Below are positions 9,398 to 18,957 of a stretch of DNA of 64,000 nucleotides, piece by piece. The notes beneath the pieces are model-generated. The model was not told where the DNA came from, did no database searches, and worked only from the letters and a program-made list of their open reading frames with translations. The DNA is from an uncultured Chlamydiales bacterium (GTDB lineage Bacteria; Chlamydiota; Chlamydiia; Chlamydiales; FEN-1388): contig CAWAUW010000002.1 of NCBI GenBank assembly GCA_963785335.1, forward strand, positions 6,820 through 70,819. The letters run 5' to 3'. Position 1 is the first letter of the stretch. The number at the start of each line of letters is the position of its first letter. Both the position numbers and the translations under genes were made by a program.

Positions 9398-10723
9398 ATG
9401 TGGTTTTCTGTACTGTATGAAATGGCACTCTTTATTTTGTTTTTGGTCGCACTTCCTAAAGCCCTTTATGAATGTATCCGCTACGGCAAACACAAAACAA
9501 ATTTTATAAAACGCTTAGGTTTTGACTTCCCAATTATTAAACGCAAAAATAATGGCCCAATTATCTGGGTGCATGCAGTATCGGTAGGGGAATGCCATGC
9601 TGCAAATCCGCTCATTAAACAGTTAAAATCTGAAATTCCTGATTGCACAGTCATCGTCTCTTCTGTCTCAGAAACAGGCCATGCAGAGGCTAAAAAAACC
9701 ATAAACATAGCCGACTATCACGTTTATCTACCCTTTGACTTCTATTTTTGCGTAAAGCATGTGCTAAAGGTTGCCCAGCCAGATCTTTTAATACTCTGTG
9801 AAGGTGACTTTTGGTATCGCTTTATGAAAGAAGCCAAAAAAAGGGGAGCGGTTACCGTTGTGGTTAACGGCAAAGTATCAAGTCAGTCTGCGGCCCAATT
9901 TGCACGTTTTGGTTTTGTTACCAAGCGTCTTTTTTCACTTATAGACTTTCTTTGTGTGCAAAGTGAGCTCTACAAATTACGTTTCTTACAGATGGGCGTA
10001 GCCGCATCAAAAATTGCCGTCACAGGCAATCTCAAGTGCGACTCTCTTCCTAAGCCAGTTAGCGATGACGAAATTGCCCAGCTAAAAGCAAAACTTCAGC
10101 TTGCACCAGATGACAAAGTTCTCGTAATTGGTTCCACGCATGATCCAGAAGAGGAACTTTTGTTAAGCCAGCTTGTTCCGGTTATCAAAAAGTTCCCTCA
10201 GCTTAAACTTGTTATTGCTCCACGGCACCCAGAGCGCTTTAATGCTGTTGCACTACTTCTTGAAAAGCATGGCCTTTCTTACGGCAGCTGGACTAAAGGC
10301 TCTTCAAATAACTGCCCGCAGGCCTATTTAATTGATGCCATGGGGATATTACGCAAAATGTACCAACTTGCAGATATTGCCATTGTAGCCGGCAGCTTTA
10401 CCAACAAAGTTGGCGGACATAACATCATGGAAGCCCAAGCCTTTGGTATTCCCGTAATAGCCGGGCCCTACATGCACTCTCAGCCTCAACTTATTGAATG
10501 TGCCAAGTTTTATAATGCCATATTGCAAATTGAGGCAAGTGAAATTGGCCCATCAGTCGAGCGACTTTTAAACGAGCCAAAGATGTGCCAGGAGCTTGGA
10601 AAATGCTCCCTTGAGATGGTTGCAGCCCTTCTAGGGGCCACAACTCGCACACGTGATGAAATTTATCAACTAGCACCTCAATTCTTCACTTGTAATAAAC
10701 TATCAAATCAGGCTACAATATAG
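9398..10723 (+). CDS. waaA: 3-deoxy-D-manno-octulosonic acid (Kdo) transferase
   Basis: N-terminal membrane anchor, WVHAVSVGE motif, and a C-terminal GT-B half (GGHNIMEAQAFGIPVI). Confidence 0.9.
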   Translation: MWFSVLYEMALFILFLVALPKALYECIRYGKHKTNFIKRLGFDFPIIKRKNNGPIIWVHAVSVGECHAANPLIKQLKSEIPDCTVIVSSVSETGHAEAKKTINIADYHVYLPFDFYFCVKHVLKVAQPDLLILCEGDFWYRFMKEAKKRGAVTVVVNGKVSSQSAAQFARFGFVTKRLFSLIDFLCVQSELYKLRFLQMGVAASKIAVTGNLKCDSLPKPVSDDEIAQLKAKLQLAPDDKVLVIGSTHDPEEELLLSQLVPVIKKFPQLKLVIAPRHPERFNAVALLLEKHGLSYGSWTKGSSNNCPQAYLIDAMGILRKMYQLADIAIVAGSFTNKVGGHNIMEAQAFGIPVIAGPYMHSQPQLIECAKFYNAILQIEASEIGPSVERLLNEPKMCQELGKCSLEMVAALLGATTRTRDEIYQLAPQFFTCNKLSNQATI

Positions 10724-10733
10724 GCATAACTAC

Positions 10734-10806
10734 CGCGGGGTGGAGCAGGGGTTAGCTCGTTGGGCTCATAACCCAAAGGTCGGAGGTTCGAATCCTTCCC
10801 CCGCTA
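10734..10806 (+). tRNA. Initiator tRNA-fMet (anticodon CAU)
   Basis: The sequence CGCGGGGTGGAGCAG...TTGGGCTCATAACCCAA...GGTTCGAATCC...CCCCGCTA has an unpaired 1:72 position and three consecutive G:C pairs in the anticodon stem. No CCA is encoded. Confidence 0.9.
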
Positions 10807-10860
10807 TTACGGCCTTAAAACCACCAAGGCCATCTTTCTTTCAACAATCTTCTACTCTGT

Positions 10861-10933
10861 GGCGGTATAGCTCAGTTGGTAGAGCAACGGAATCATAATC
10901 CGTGTGTCGTCGGTTCAAGTCCGGCTGCCGCTA
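10861..10933 (+). tRNA. tRNA with CAU anticodon (elongator Met or lysidine-modified Ile2)
   Basis: The cloverleaf folds by hand: acceptor GGCGGTA/TGCCGCT, D arm GCTCAGTTGGTAGAGC, anticodon arm ACGGA-ATCATAA-TCCGT, T arm GTCGG-TTCAAGT-CCGGC. Confidence 0.85.
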
Positions 10934-10993
10934 CACTTTTTCCCGTGACATCTAATTTACAAATTGCAATTATTTAGTTAATAGGTATGAATC

Positions 10994-11236
10994 ATGGAAA
11001 AACCACCTATTTTGCGATATAAAAAAAATATTCACAAATTCTGTGAAAAGCACCATATTTCCAAGCTATCTCTATTCGGGTCTATTTTAACTTCAGCTTT
11101 TAAAAAATCAAGTGATGTAGATTTTCTTGTACAATTTGATAAAAAGCATACCCCAACCTTATTTACACTGATTGGAATGGAAATAGGGGGAATTTGTTCT
11201 CAAATGCCGCTCATATACGAATACTGCTTTTTTTAA
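10994..11236 (+). pseudogene. MNT-type nucleotidyltransferase (antitoxin-like) gene, apparently truncated or degenerate at the 3' end
   Basis: Retains LSLFGSILTS..SSDVDFLVQFD (the GS...DxD nucleotidyltransferase motif). It then diverges into IGGICSQMPLIYEYCFF in place of the usual ...VDLV end. No HEPN partner follows. Confidence 0.5.
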
Positions 11237-11340
11237 GCGAATAAGTAATAATCATTTTTAAGTATAGAAAAACGGAATCATCCTTGATCCAACAATTAAA
11301 ACTATATATGAAGCGAACGTTTTTGATATCAATGTTAGAT

Positions 11341-12171
11341 TTATGGAATATTTACAGTTGCCTTGCTAATAAGTAATTTTGCTTGAAATAGCATTTTGAT
11401 TGCCTGTCGTATATCTTTTTCTAATGATGGAAGAATTTTATCGGTAAAGTCTTTTACGACTTTCTGATGCTCTGGATTCAAAGTAAAGGGCGCTCTCATA
11501 AAGAGACAAGCAAAAGTAAAAGCATGTTCTTTTTTTAGGTCATCCGAAATTTTAGTCCAGGTTGACATTGGATCTTTTACTACAAGCATCTTTTCTAAAG
11601 CGTCAAATATGCCATCAACTTCTATTACTACTTTTTTGGAAACAGAGTAGGCAGAAAATATAACTTCACGGTTGAGCTGTCCTATCATTAGATAGTTTTC
11701 TTCTAAAATAGTTGTAAAGTACTCCCATGGCTTTTTATATTTTTCAACTACAAGCTCTCCCAAATAGCTGCAAATTCGCCGGGATACATCGATAGATTTT
11801 TGAATTTGATTGTTATTAGGGGATTGTACAAGCACTAAATCTTCTACCTTTTCAAGGATGACTTTTCGCGCCTCATTGGTATTATGTGTTAATCTTTTAA
11901 GGGCAATGACGATAAGCTCAGGCTGATATGTTTGAATAGCGCCTTCGAACGTATTTACAATAAAGCTAACATCTTTGGTCTTTGCACAAGCATGAAAAAG
12001 CTTAGAGTCGTTTTGGTATTCATCATCACCTTTTTTTCGTCTTTTATTAGGCGTCTCTAAAAAAAACTGCAATGCTTCTAATGTGTCTGTGGGCACTTTG
12101 GCGATAAGATCTGTTACCGTGCGGCTGCTCCAATTTTTTGCTACATAGGCTTGTAAGAAATCGGTTTGCAT
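11341..12171 (-). CDS. Hypothetical protein (276 aa), no recognisable motif
   Basis: Long ORF with coding-like composition in a tRNA-adjacent islet. Confidence 0.55.
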   Translation of the reverse strand: MQTDFLQAYVAKNWSSRTVTDLIAKVPTDTLEALQFFLETPNKRRKKGDDEYQNDSKLFHACAKTKDVSFIVNTFEGAIQTYQPELIVIALKRLTHNTNEARKVILEKVEDLVLVQSPNNNQIQKSIDVSRRICSYLGELVVEKYKKPWEYFTTILEENYLMIGQLNREVIFSAYSVSKKVVIEVDGIFDALEKMLVVKDPMSTWTKISDDLKKEHAFTFACLFMRAPFTLNPEHQKVVKDFTDKILPSLEKDIRQAIKMLFQAKLLISKATVNIP

Positions 12172-12555
12172 GCTGCGTATAAATACCTCTTGAACATCTT
12201 GGGCAAGATCTTTTGCACAGGGCTAAAGTATGGCCATTTCCTAAAAGGCATTGTTGGATAGTTATAGGGCCATATATCTTGTGCGTGGCTAGTGTATTAA
12301 ACAGTGAAGTAATGCTTGCTTGGGAAAGGGGCGTTTTAGCTGCAGTATCTGTAGTAATAGTGCATGTATGAGCTTTTGCGATTCCCATATTAAATGACAT
12401 AGTATTATTCCCTTATAAATTTTTTCAGACATCATTGTACAATAGGCATCATTAAAAAAACAGGAATAACATCCTGGCTGGAAATCGCTCATGGTAGTTT
12501 TTATGCATACAAAATTACTTTCTTTTTAAATCTAAGTTTATTATAATTTTGAATT

Positions 12556-14346
12556 ATGTCACTTTCTATAACAAATACATCAATATTACATTCTGATCAA
12601 AACAACCAACTGGTTTTTTATTACACAACACAACAAGAATTAGATGTTTTTGTAAAAGAACTTATCTTGAGACATAATAATAAAGGAATCTCTGTTGATA
12701 TTCAGGATGATCAAAAACGCACCCCTTTTTTCTGTGCTGCCTCTTGGGGCAACGTAAAGACTGCTGTTGATTTACTTAATGCCGGCGCAGCTGTGCACCA
12801 AATTGATGCCGATGGTGTTTCGTGTCTACACTTTGCAGCAGATGCTGGTAATACAGACTTTATCGAAATCCTTGCCAAACGCTATGTAGCCCAAAATATA
12901 TCCCTTGATATTTCTGACAACGATGGAACGACACCGCTAATAAACGCAATACGTTGCCGCGAGCTCGGGGCTTGCAAAAAGCTTTTAGAATATGGCGCAG
13001 AGGCCAATCAGTTAGATTCCAAAGGACTTTCCACTTTTTACTATGCAATTTATCATGAAAATTTAGATATTTTTGAGCTATTAGTTACTGATTTTTGCGA
13101 AAAAGGTGGAGATATTGATTTTCGTGATGCAAATGGAATGACACTTCTCATGATTGCATCAAAGCTCAATAATGTTCGAGCGGTAAATATACTCCTTAAG
13201 GCAAAAGCATCGATTAATCTTATTGATTTGCTTGGCAATTCTGCAATTATCTATGCAGTTGCTTTTGGAAATAAAGAATTAGTGACCACCTTGCAAGAAA
13301 ATGGCGCTGACTTTGCATGCGTTGGCCAGTATGGTAATACACCTCTACTTGTTGCTCGAAAATACGGTAAAAAAGAACTCTATCCAGTAATAAAACAATG
13401 TGATCAAAGAAGTGCAGCTTATTCCAAAGAGTTAATTAAAAGAAAAAGACTTGCCCATATTCTTAAAATACCTGGCACTACTACTCTTCTTCATCCCAGT
13501 CTTAGCCGCATAGAGCAGGTGACTGTTGAACTTGCTGGATGGATACCGAAAGATTTTTTTAACATAATCCGCAAAAGACTGAAAAGCTTTTTTGAAAAAA
13601 CTAACAATATTCCACCTGGCATACAATTAGGACCAATTTTAGAAATTTGCGAAAAAGCTGCACAAATCACCACAGGTATAGATTTCGATACTTTTCGACG
13701 CTATAAGATCGAAAAAAAACCAGTTTGCATTAATACAGGTTATAAAGGCGATCCTGGAAATGCAGATCACCATAGTACAGTGCTAATATGGGGTAATTTT
13801 TTTATTGTTTGCGACAGGGGAGGCCTTGCTAAAAATTCTTTTTCTGTGTGCCAAATCGATCAAAAAAAAATATCGGAAGAATTTATAAAAGATCTCTGCA
13901 AGCTTAAAAACAAAAGCATTCTTGAGTACACAAAATTTTTTAATGAAACACTGTTGAGCTACTTAGCCCCGAACCAAGATTCCATATGTACAGAGCTCAA
14001 TAGCAAAATGTTTTTGCCGCTGCAAGAAATGGGAAATTGCACTTGGGCAAATTCTGAAGCAGTCATTTATGCTCTTTTTATTTTTCAATCAATTTCATAT
14101 TATGCTGCGCTTCCAATAGAACAGCAAATTTCTATTACAGACATATGCCGCAACTGCCATGTGTTTTTTGAACAATGGCAGACATTTGTAATTCGCTACG
14201 AAGTGCAAAAGTATGTTGCACACCATTCAGAAAAAGCGCATGAGAATTTTTCATATCCTCCAGATTGGCAATTTCTCGGCAAAATCAGACAAAAAGTGCC
14301 ATCGGACACTGTTGCAAAAATTGATGCGTTCATCACTAAGCGTTAG
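12556..14346 (+). CDS. Ankyrin-repeat protein with a C-terminal domain carrying a His/Asp/Gln/Cys pattern (putative thiol hydrolase effector)
   Basis: About 7 ANK units span aa 50-275 (e.g. DGTTPLINAIRCRELGACKKLLEYGAEAN). The C-terminal half has H405/H406, D420, Q490 and C495 (HHSTVLIWGNFFIVCDRGG ... LQEMGNCTW). Confidence 0.85.
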   Translation: MSLSITNTSILHSDQNNQLVFYYTTQQELDVFVKELILRHNNKGISVDIQDDQKRTPFFCAASWGNVKTAVDLLNAGAAVHQIDADGVSCLHFAADAGNTDFIEILAKRYVAQNISLDISDNDGTTPLINAIRCRELGACKKLLEYGAEANQLDSKGLSTFYYAIYHENLDIFELLVTDFCEKGGDIDFRDANGMTLLMIASKLNNVRAVNILLKAKASINLIDLLGNSAIIYAVAFGNKELVTTLQENGADFACVGQYGNTPLLVARKYGKKELYPVIKQCDQRSAAYSKELIKRKRLAHILKIPGTTTLLHPSLSRIEQVTVELAGWIPKDFFNIIRKRLKSFFEKTNNIPPGIQLGPILEICEKAAQITTGIDFDTFRRYKIEKKPVCINTGYKGDPGNADHHSTVLIWGNFFIVCDRGGLAKNSFSVCQIDQKKISEEFIKDLCKLKNKSILEYTKFFNETLLSYLAPNQDSICTELNSKMFLPLQEMGNCTWANSEAVIYALFIFQSISYYAALPIEQQISITDICRNCHVFFEQWQTFVIRYEVQKYVAHHSEKAHENFSYPPDWQFLGKIRQKVPSDTVAKIDAFITKR

Positions 14347-14432
14347 TGTTCCTCGTTAACACACATACAAACATCAATTGACAAATTTGTGATTCATGTA
14401 GAGGATAACTACTCATCTATTTTGGGTAGTTT

Positions 14433-15416
14433 ATGCACCGTCTGCTTTTGGCATTTATCTGTTTATCATCCCTTCTAAACGCAACTGAAGGCGCTTTTCC
14501 GCTTTACCTTAATGGCTACATGGGGCCAAAGGCAGGCTATATGCCGCCTCCAGGATTATATATTCGAGACGACATCTACCATCATCCGGGACATGCAAAA
14601 GCGTCAGTACTTGGCGGCTTTATTTCTGCCAAAGCTAATGTAAAAATATCCCTGGACCTATTTAATCTTACATATGTATCAAAACTAAAACTTTTGGGAG
14701 CTGATGTTGCTTGCGGAGCACTCATTCCCTTTGGAAGAATTAATGTTCATGCCCACCTTAATGCCACAGTACCATCGCTGCACATAAGACGAAATGCCCT
14801 TGGCCTGCCTGTACCAACAATTACTCTCAATAAAATTACGCGAAAAAAGCATCAAGTTGCACACGGCATTGCCGATTGTTTACTTATTCCACTGATGCTC
14901 GGCTGGCATGCTGAAAGTTATGACTTACACTTTATTGTCTATCAGGGCCTATTTGTGCCTACGGGCGATTATAGTAAAAATAAAATTGCCAACATGGGGC
15001 AAAATCATTTTGCCACCGAAACTGATGCCGGTTTTACGTGGCTGAACGAAAAATGGGGTACTGAAGTGTCCGTCATGACGGGCATAACGTCAAATTTTAC
15101 AAACCACAAAAATCACTATCGCTCAGGAACTGGCTGGCACACTGATTTTTTCGCAGGTCAATACCTTACACCAAAAATGCAAGTAGGATTATCAGGCTAC
15201 TGGTTTTATCAGCTTACACCTGATTCTCGAAAAGGATCCTCGGTTTTAGGTGGTTTTCGAAGCCAAGTTCTTGGGCTAGGTCCGAGTATATCGTATCAAT
15301 TTGATGCCTGGGGACTGCCTGTACTTGTAAATGCACGCTATTTTAAAGAAACTCATGCAAAAAACTATCTGAAAGGTGAGACCTTTTATTTAACCGTCAG
15401 CCTCCCCATACCATAA
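14433..15416 (+). CDS. Putative outer-membrane beta-barrel protein (MetA-pathway/transporter-like family)
   Basis: Signal peptide MHRLLLAFICLSSLLNA, then the N-terminal motif FPLYLNGYMGPKAGYMPPPGLY. The rest of the protein has alternating amphipathic strands. Confidence 0.55.
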   Translation: MHRLLLAFICLSSLLNATEGAFPLYLNGYMGPKAGYMPPPGLYIRDDIYHHPGHAKASVLGGFISAKANVKISLDLFNLTYVSKLKLLGADVACGALIPFGRINVHAHLNATVPSLHIRRNALGLPVPTITLNKITRKKHQVAHGIADCLLIPLMLGWHAESYDLHFIVYQGLFVPTGDYSKNKIANMGQNHFATETDAGFTWLNEKWGTEVSVMTGITSNFTNHKNHYRSGTGWHTDFFAGQYLTPKMQVGLSGYWFYQLTPDSRKGSSVLGGFRSQVLGLGPSISYQFDAWGLPVLVNARYFKETHAKNYLKGETFYLTVSLPIP

Positions 15417-15430
15417 CAAGAGCACTGTAT

Positions 15431-15781
15431 ATGCCATCAGTAAAACCTGTATCTTTTAGCTTTAATGTTGTGCCGCGAGAAATAATTAAGAAGCACGGAC
15501 GCACAAAAGTGCAGCTTGCTGCCATATTACAACCACTTTCTGGGTTAAATGGCGCAGAAATCGTTGCCACAATGCAGCGACGAAAAAAACGATTTAAATA
15601 TTCACGCGCGCTCAAAAAATTCATTCATGACAATCATTTCAACAAAACATTCTTTAAACCACTCGAAAAATATCTTGTGCGCCATATCCGAGCAAGTCAA
15701 CATAAAAAACATTTGCCAATAAATGAACTTCGAACCTTTATAGCCCAAGGCAACATGGCAAACTTTACTGTAATTAATTAA
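15431..15781 (+). CDS. Hypothetical small basic protein (116 aa)
   Basis: The ORF fills an otherwise empty gap. It has no motif, and its coding status is uncertain. Confidence 0.35.
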   Translation: MPSVKPVSFSFNVVPREIIKKHGRTKVQLAAILQPLSGLNGAEIVATMQRRKKRFKYSRALKKFIHDNHFNKTFFKPLEKYLVRHIRASQHKKHLPINELRTFIAQGNMANFTVIN

Positions 15782-15825
15782 GTGGACTGGACAAAACTTG
15801 GGTTTTCGTTTAGTGTAGGAGTACT

Positions 15826-16587
15826 ATGAAAAAAAATCCTGAAGAGCGCTCAAGCGTTACCCTACATTCAAATGGACTTAAAGTATTTGGTGTGTTGCAT
15901 ATGCCTGAGGGGCAATTTGGCACCAAAGTACCAGTTGTGCTATTCTGCCATGGCTTTGGAGGGCATAAAAGTGGTAAATTTCGCTTAAATGTACGACTTG
16001 CTGAGATGCTCTCAAAAATTGGGATTGCCTCACTTAGAATTGACTTTCGCGGAAGCGGAGATAGCGAAGGAGACTTTGCTGATACTACCATACAAACCCA
16101 GCTTGAAGATGCTCGTGTAGGTCTTCAGTATTTGCTAGAACATACAGGCATTGATCCAAACAAAATTGCCTTAGTTGGCAGATCGCTTGGCGGCGCAATT
16201 GCTACGCAGCTTGCATCAGAATTTACTAAATTAAAAGCACTTGCTTTATGGTGTCCGCTCTTTGATGCAAAACCTTGGATGACTAAAAATACAAAAAATT
16301 TCTGTTTTTCTGGTCAAAACCTATCATCAGAATGCATTCGCCAGTTTACCCTACTTGATACAACTAAGCCTCTTCTTTTATTAAATAATGTCCCCATGCT
16401 TATTGTGCATGCAGCAAATGATGAAATATTAAGTCCTTATCATCATGAACAGTACTTTGCCCATCGAAAAGAGAGCTCTTCAACAAAAACACTTGAGCTT
16501 ACAAAATCAAATCATGAATTTTCAAACATAGCTGAACAACAACTACTTTTGGATACCACTACGGCCTTTTTTAGAGGAATATTATGA
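15826..16587 (+). CDS. Alpha/beta-fold hydrolase
   Basis: HGFGGHK oxyanion region, nucleophile elbow GRSLGG, and late D/H residues. The stop overlaps the next start (ATGA at 16584). Confidence 0.8.
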   Translation: MKKNPEERSSVTLHSNGLKVFGVLHMPEGQFGTKVPVVLFCHGFGGHKSGKFRLNVRLAEMLSKIGIASLRIDFRGSGDSEGDFADTTIQTQLEDARVGLQYLLEHTGIDPNKIALVGRSLGGAIATQLASEFTKLKALALWCPLFDAKPWMTKNTKNFCFSGQNLSSECIRQFTLLDTTKPLLLLNNVPMLIVHAANDEILSPYHHEQYFAHRKESSSTKTLELTKSNHEFSNIAEQQLLLDTTTAFFRGIL

Positions 16588-18251
16588 ACTTTGATACAGA
16601 TCAAAAACTGCCAGAGCTTGCCTTAAGTCCACTACAAAAAGAGCGCCTTGAATACTCTCCAATCATACCAGAGGGCCTCCAGAGACTCGAAGAGCTCGAT
16701 TTTCAAGAGAGGGGACTAGTCAGCTGTCAAACAGCTATTGCTCCATCATTTCCACATCTCACTCATCGAAAGCAACTTGCCCTAACTCGCAAAACTCAGC
16801 CCTGCGGACCTCTTAAAGTTGGCGTGGTACTCTCAGGCGGGCAAGCAGCAGGCGGCCATAACGTAATTTCTGGTTTATATGATGCACTAATTGAGTTAAA
16901 CCCTGAAAGTCAGCTTTTTGGTTTTTTAAATGGCCCAGGGGGCATTATACGCAACAAAACCATCGAAATTACAAAAGAACTTCTGGCAAATTACCGCAAT
17001 CAAGGCGGCTTTGATCTTGTAGGATCTGGTAGAACAAAAATAGAAACACCCGAGCAGTTTAAGGCAGCGCTTCATGCAGTAAACGAAAACGAACTTAACG
17101 GCCTTGTGATAGTAGGTGGGGATGATTCAAACACAAATGCAGCCTTTTTGGCTGAATACTTTGCAAGTATGTCATGTAAAACATGCGTAGTAGGCGTTCC
17201 AAAAACCATCGATGGCGATCTGCAAAACGCCGATATTGAAATTTCCTTTGGCTTTGATACGGCGTGCAAAACCTACTCAGAGATCATTGGCAACATTGCG
17301 CGCGATTGTCTTTCAGCTAAAAAATACTACTATTTTATCAAGCTTATGGGCAGATCAGCTTCTCATATTACGCTGGAATGCGCCCTTCAAACCCAGCCAA
17401 ACATTGCCTTGATCGCCGAAGAAATTCAAACTAAACGAATGAAGCTTTCAGATGTTGTAAAGCTCCTTGTTGATGTGGTAAAAGAACGCTCTAAACTTGG
17501 TTGTGATTATGGTGTTGTGTTAGTACCTGAGGGCATTGTAGAGTTTATGCCGGATTTTAGCGCACTTATCCACGAGTTAAATAAACTTTTGGCACATGGC
17601 ACAGAAGAGTCTGTTACCATGGAGCGCACTTTTGAAAATGAAGGGAAAATTTCATATATAACCTCAAGGCTTACTTCCGATGCCCAAATCGTTTATACAA
17701 GCCTGCCTCAAGAAATTCAACTGCAGCTTTTAATTGATCGTGACCCTCACGGTAATGTACAGGTATCAAAAATTGACAGTGAACGTTTGCTGATGCAGCT
17801 AACCCACGAGCAGCTAAAACGCCTTGATCCATCCATAAAATTTTCCTGCCAGCCGGTTTTTTGCGGATATGAGGGAAGATCTGGAATGCCGAGTAACTTT
17901 GATGCTACTTACTGTTATAGTTTAGGACGACTTGCTGCGCTTCTTATTGCCCGGCGACGCTCCGGCTTTATTGCCTCATTTGCAAATCTTGCCAAACACC
18001 CAGATAAATGGGAACCAAAAGTTACACCGCTTGTTTCCATGCTTGCCATTGAAGAGCGGGAGGGAAAGCCCAAAACCGTCATCCAAAAAGCCCTTGTAGA
18101 CCTCAAAGGCAAAGCCTTTAGCGCATTTAACTCTAAACGTATGTCGTGGCGTCTCAAAGACCAATACTGCCAGCCAGGACCGATTCAATTTTTCGGCCCT
18201 CGCGAAGTCACAGACACTGTACCCATTTGCCTACAACTCAAATCCAATTAA
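16584..18251 (+). CDS. pfp: Diphosphate-dependent (PPi) 6-phosphofructokinase
   Basis: LSGGQAAGGHNV, GGDDSNTNAA, PKTIDGDL and MGRSASH motifs, with the ~555-aa length typical of long PPi-PFKs. Confidence 0.9.
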   Translation: MNFDTDQKLPELALSPLQKERLEYSPIIPEGLQRLEELDFQERGLVSCQTAIAPSFPHLTHRKQLALTRKTQPCGPLKVGVVLSGGQAAGGHNVISGLYDALIELNPESQLFGFLNGPGGIIRNKTIEITKELLANYRNQGGFDLVGSGRTKIETPEQFKAALHAVNENELNGLVIVGGDDSNTNAAFLAEYFASMSCKTCVVGVPKTIDGDLQNADIEISFGFDTACKTYSEIIGNIARDCLSAKKYYYFIKLMGRSASHITLECALQTQPNIALIAEEIQTKRMKLSDVVKLLVDVVKERSKLGCDYGVVLVPEGIVEFMPDFSALIHELNKLLAHGTEESVTMERTFENEGKISYITSRLTSDAQIVYTSLPQEIQLQLLIDRDPHGNVQVSKIDSERLLMQLTHEQLKRLDPSIKFSCQPVFCGYEGRSGMPSNFDATYCYSLGRLAALLIARRRSGFIASFANLAKHPDKWEPKVTPLVSMLAIEEREGKPKTVIQKALVDLKGKAFSAFNSKRMSWRLKDQYCQPGPIQFFGPREVTDTVPICLQLKSN

Positions 18252-18391
18252 TACATTTACCTAAATGTGAGCTCGCCCTAGAATTAGTATATGAAAAATC
18301 TCGTAGCTTCATTTTATTCTGTTCTTCTTCCCCGCTAGGGGTAAACTACCGTTTTGTCAATCAATTTTTAATTTTAACAGATAAGGTAGAT

Positions 18392-18733
18392 ATGGAATCA
18401 GGAAAAATAGAGTTTGCAGATTTTTTGAAAGTTGATATTCGAGCAGGTACAATCATTGCTGTGTATGACTTTCCAGAAGCACGAAAAGCATCATTCAAAA
18501 TCGATATTGATTTTGGCGAATTAGGAATTAAAAAGTCATCCGCCCAAATTACCCATCACTATAAAAAAGATGAGTTGGTAGGAAAACAGGTAATTGCCGT
18601 AGTCAATTTTCCTCCAAAACAAATAGGAAAGTTTTTTTCAGAAGTTCTTACCCTAGGGCTACCTGATGAAAAGGAATATGTGGTTTTACTTGAACCTACC
18701 GTCAAAGTTCCCAATGGAAGCCGACTTTTTTAA
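18392..18733 (+). CDS. csaA: CsaA-like tRNA-binding (OB-fold) protein
   Basis: FLKVDIRAGTII...ELVGKQVIAVVNFPPKQIG matches the tRNA_bind/EMAP fold. The ATG at 18392 is the sensible start; the ORF-track upstream extension looks non-coding. Confidence 0.85.
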   Translation: MESGKIEFADFLKVDIRAGTIIAVYDFPEARKASFKIDIDFGELGIKKSSAQITHHYKKDELVGKQVIAVVNFPPKQIGKFFSEVLTLGLPDEKEYVVLLEPTVKVPNGSRLF

Positions 18734-18741
18734 GTGTTTTT

Positions 18742-18917
18742 GACCGAAGGTCTCTGGGAGTGCGGGGCAGTTATGCACCGCTCTTAGATTTATCTCTAGA
18801 GATCAACTTCAGTATTTCCAAAGCTAAAATAGCATTCACAGCGCGCTTGAAGGATTTTTACGTGTAATTGTGAGATAAATCTAAGAGCGGTGCATAACTG
18901 CACCCGCACTCCAGAGA
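18742..18917. repeat. Palindromic element, family A copy 2 (right tip truncated)
   Basis: It has the same TIR and the same interior (CGCTTGAAGGATTTTTACGTG) as 2567-2753. It starts 9 nt after the csaA stop. Confidence 0.9.
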
Positions 18918-18957
18918 GCTATGCTCATGCTGCATTTCACAGCCTCTACATGGCTTT

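Noticed and set aside
10861-10933. Assigning the second tRNA(CAU) specifically to Met or to Ile2
   Set aside because: The anticodon alone cannot distinguish elongator Met from a lysidine-modified Ile2. I cannot evaluate the identity elements reliably by eye, so the call is left ambiguous.
12047-12492. Possible N-terminal extension or frameshifted 5' part of the 11341-12171 gene (ORFs 12047-12400 and 12289-12492)
   Set aside because: The ORFs are in different frames with no recognisable motif and only a weak SD. I could not identify a slippage site that would join them. The region is left as a spacer but is worth a look if homologues are longer.
18146-18391. Upstream 82 codons of the ORF-track call for the CsaA-like gene
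   Set aside because: This part overlaps the 3' end of pfp and has non-coding-like composition. CsaA-type proteins are ~110 aa, and the ATG at 18392 gives exactly that.
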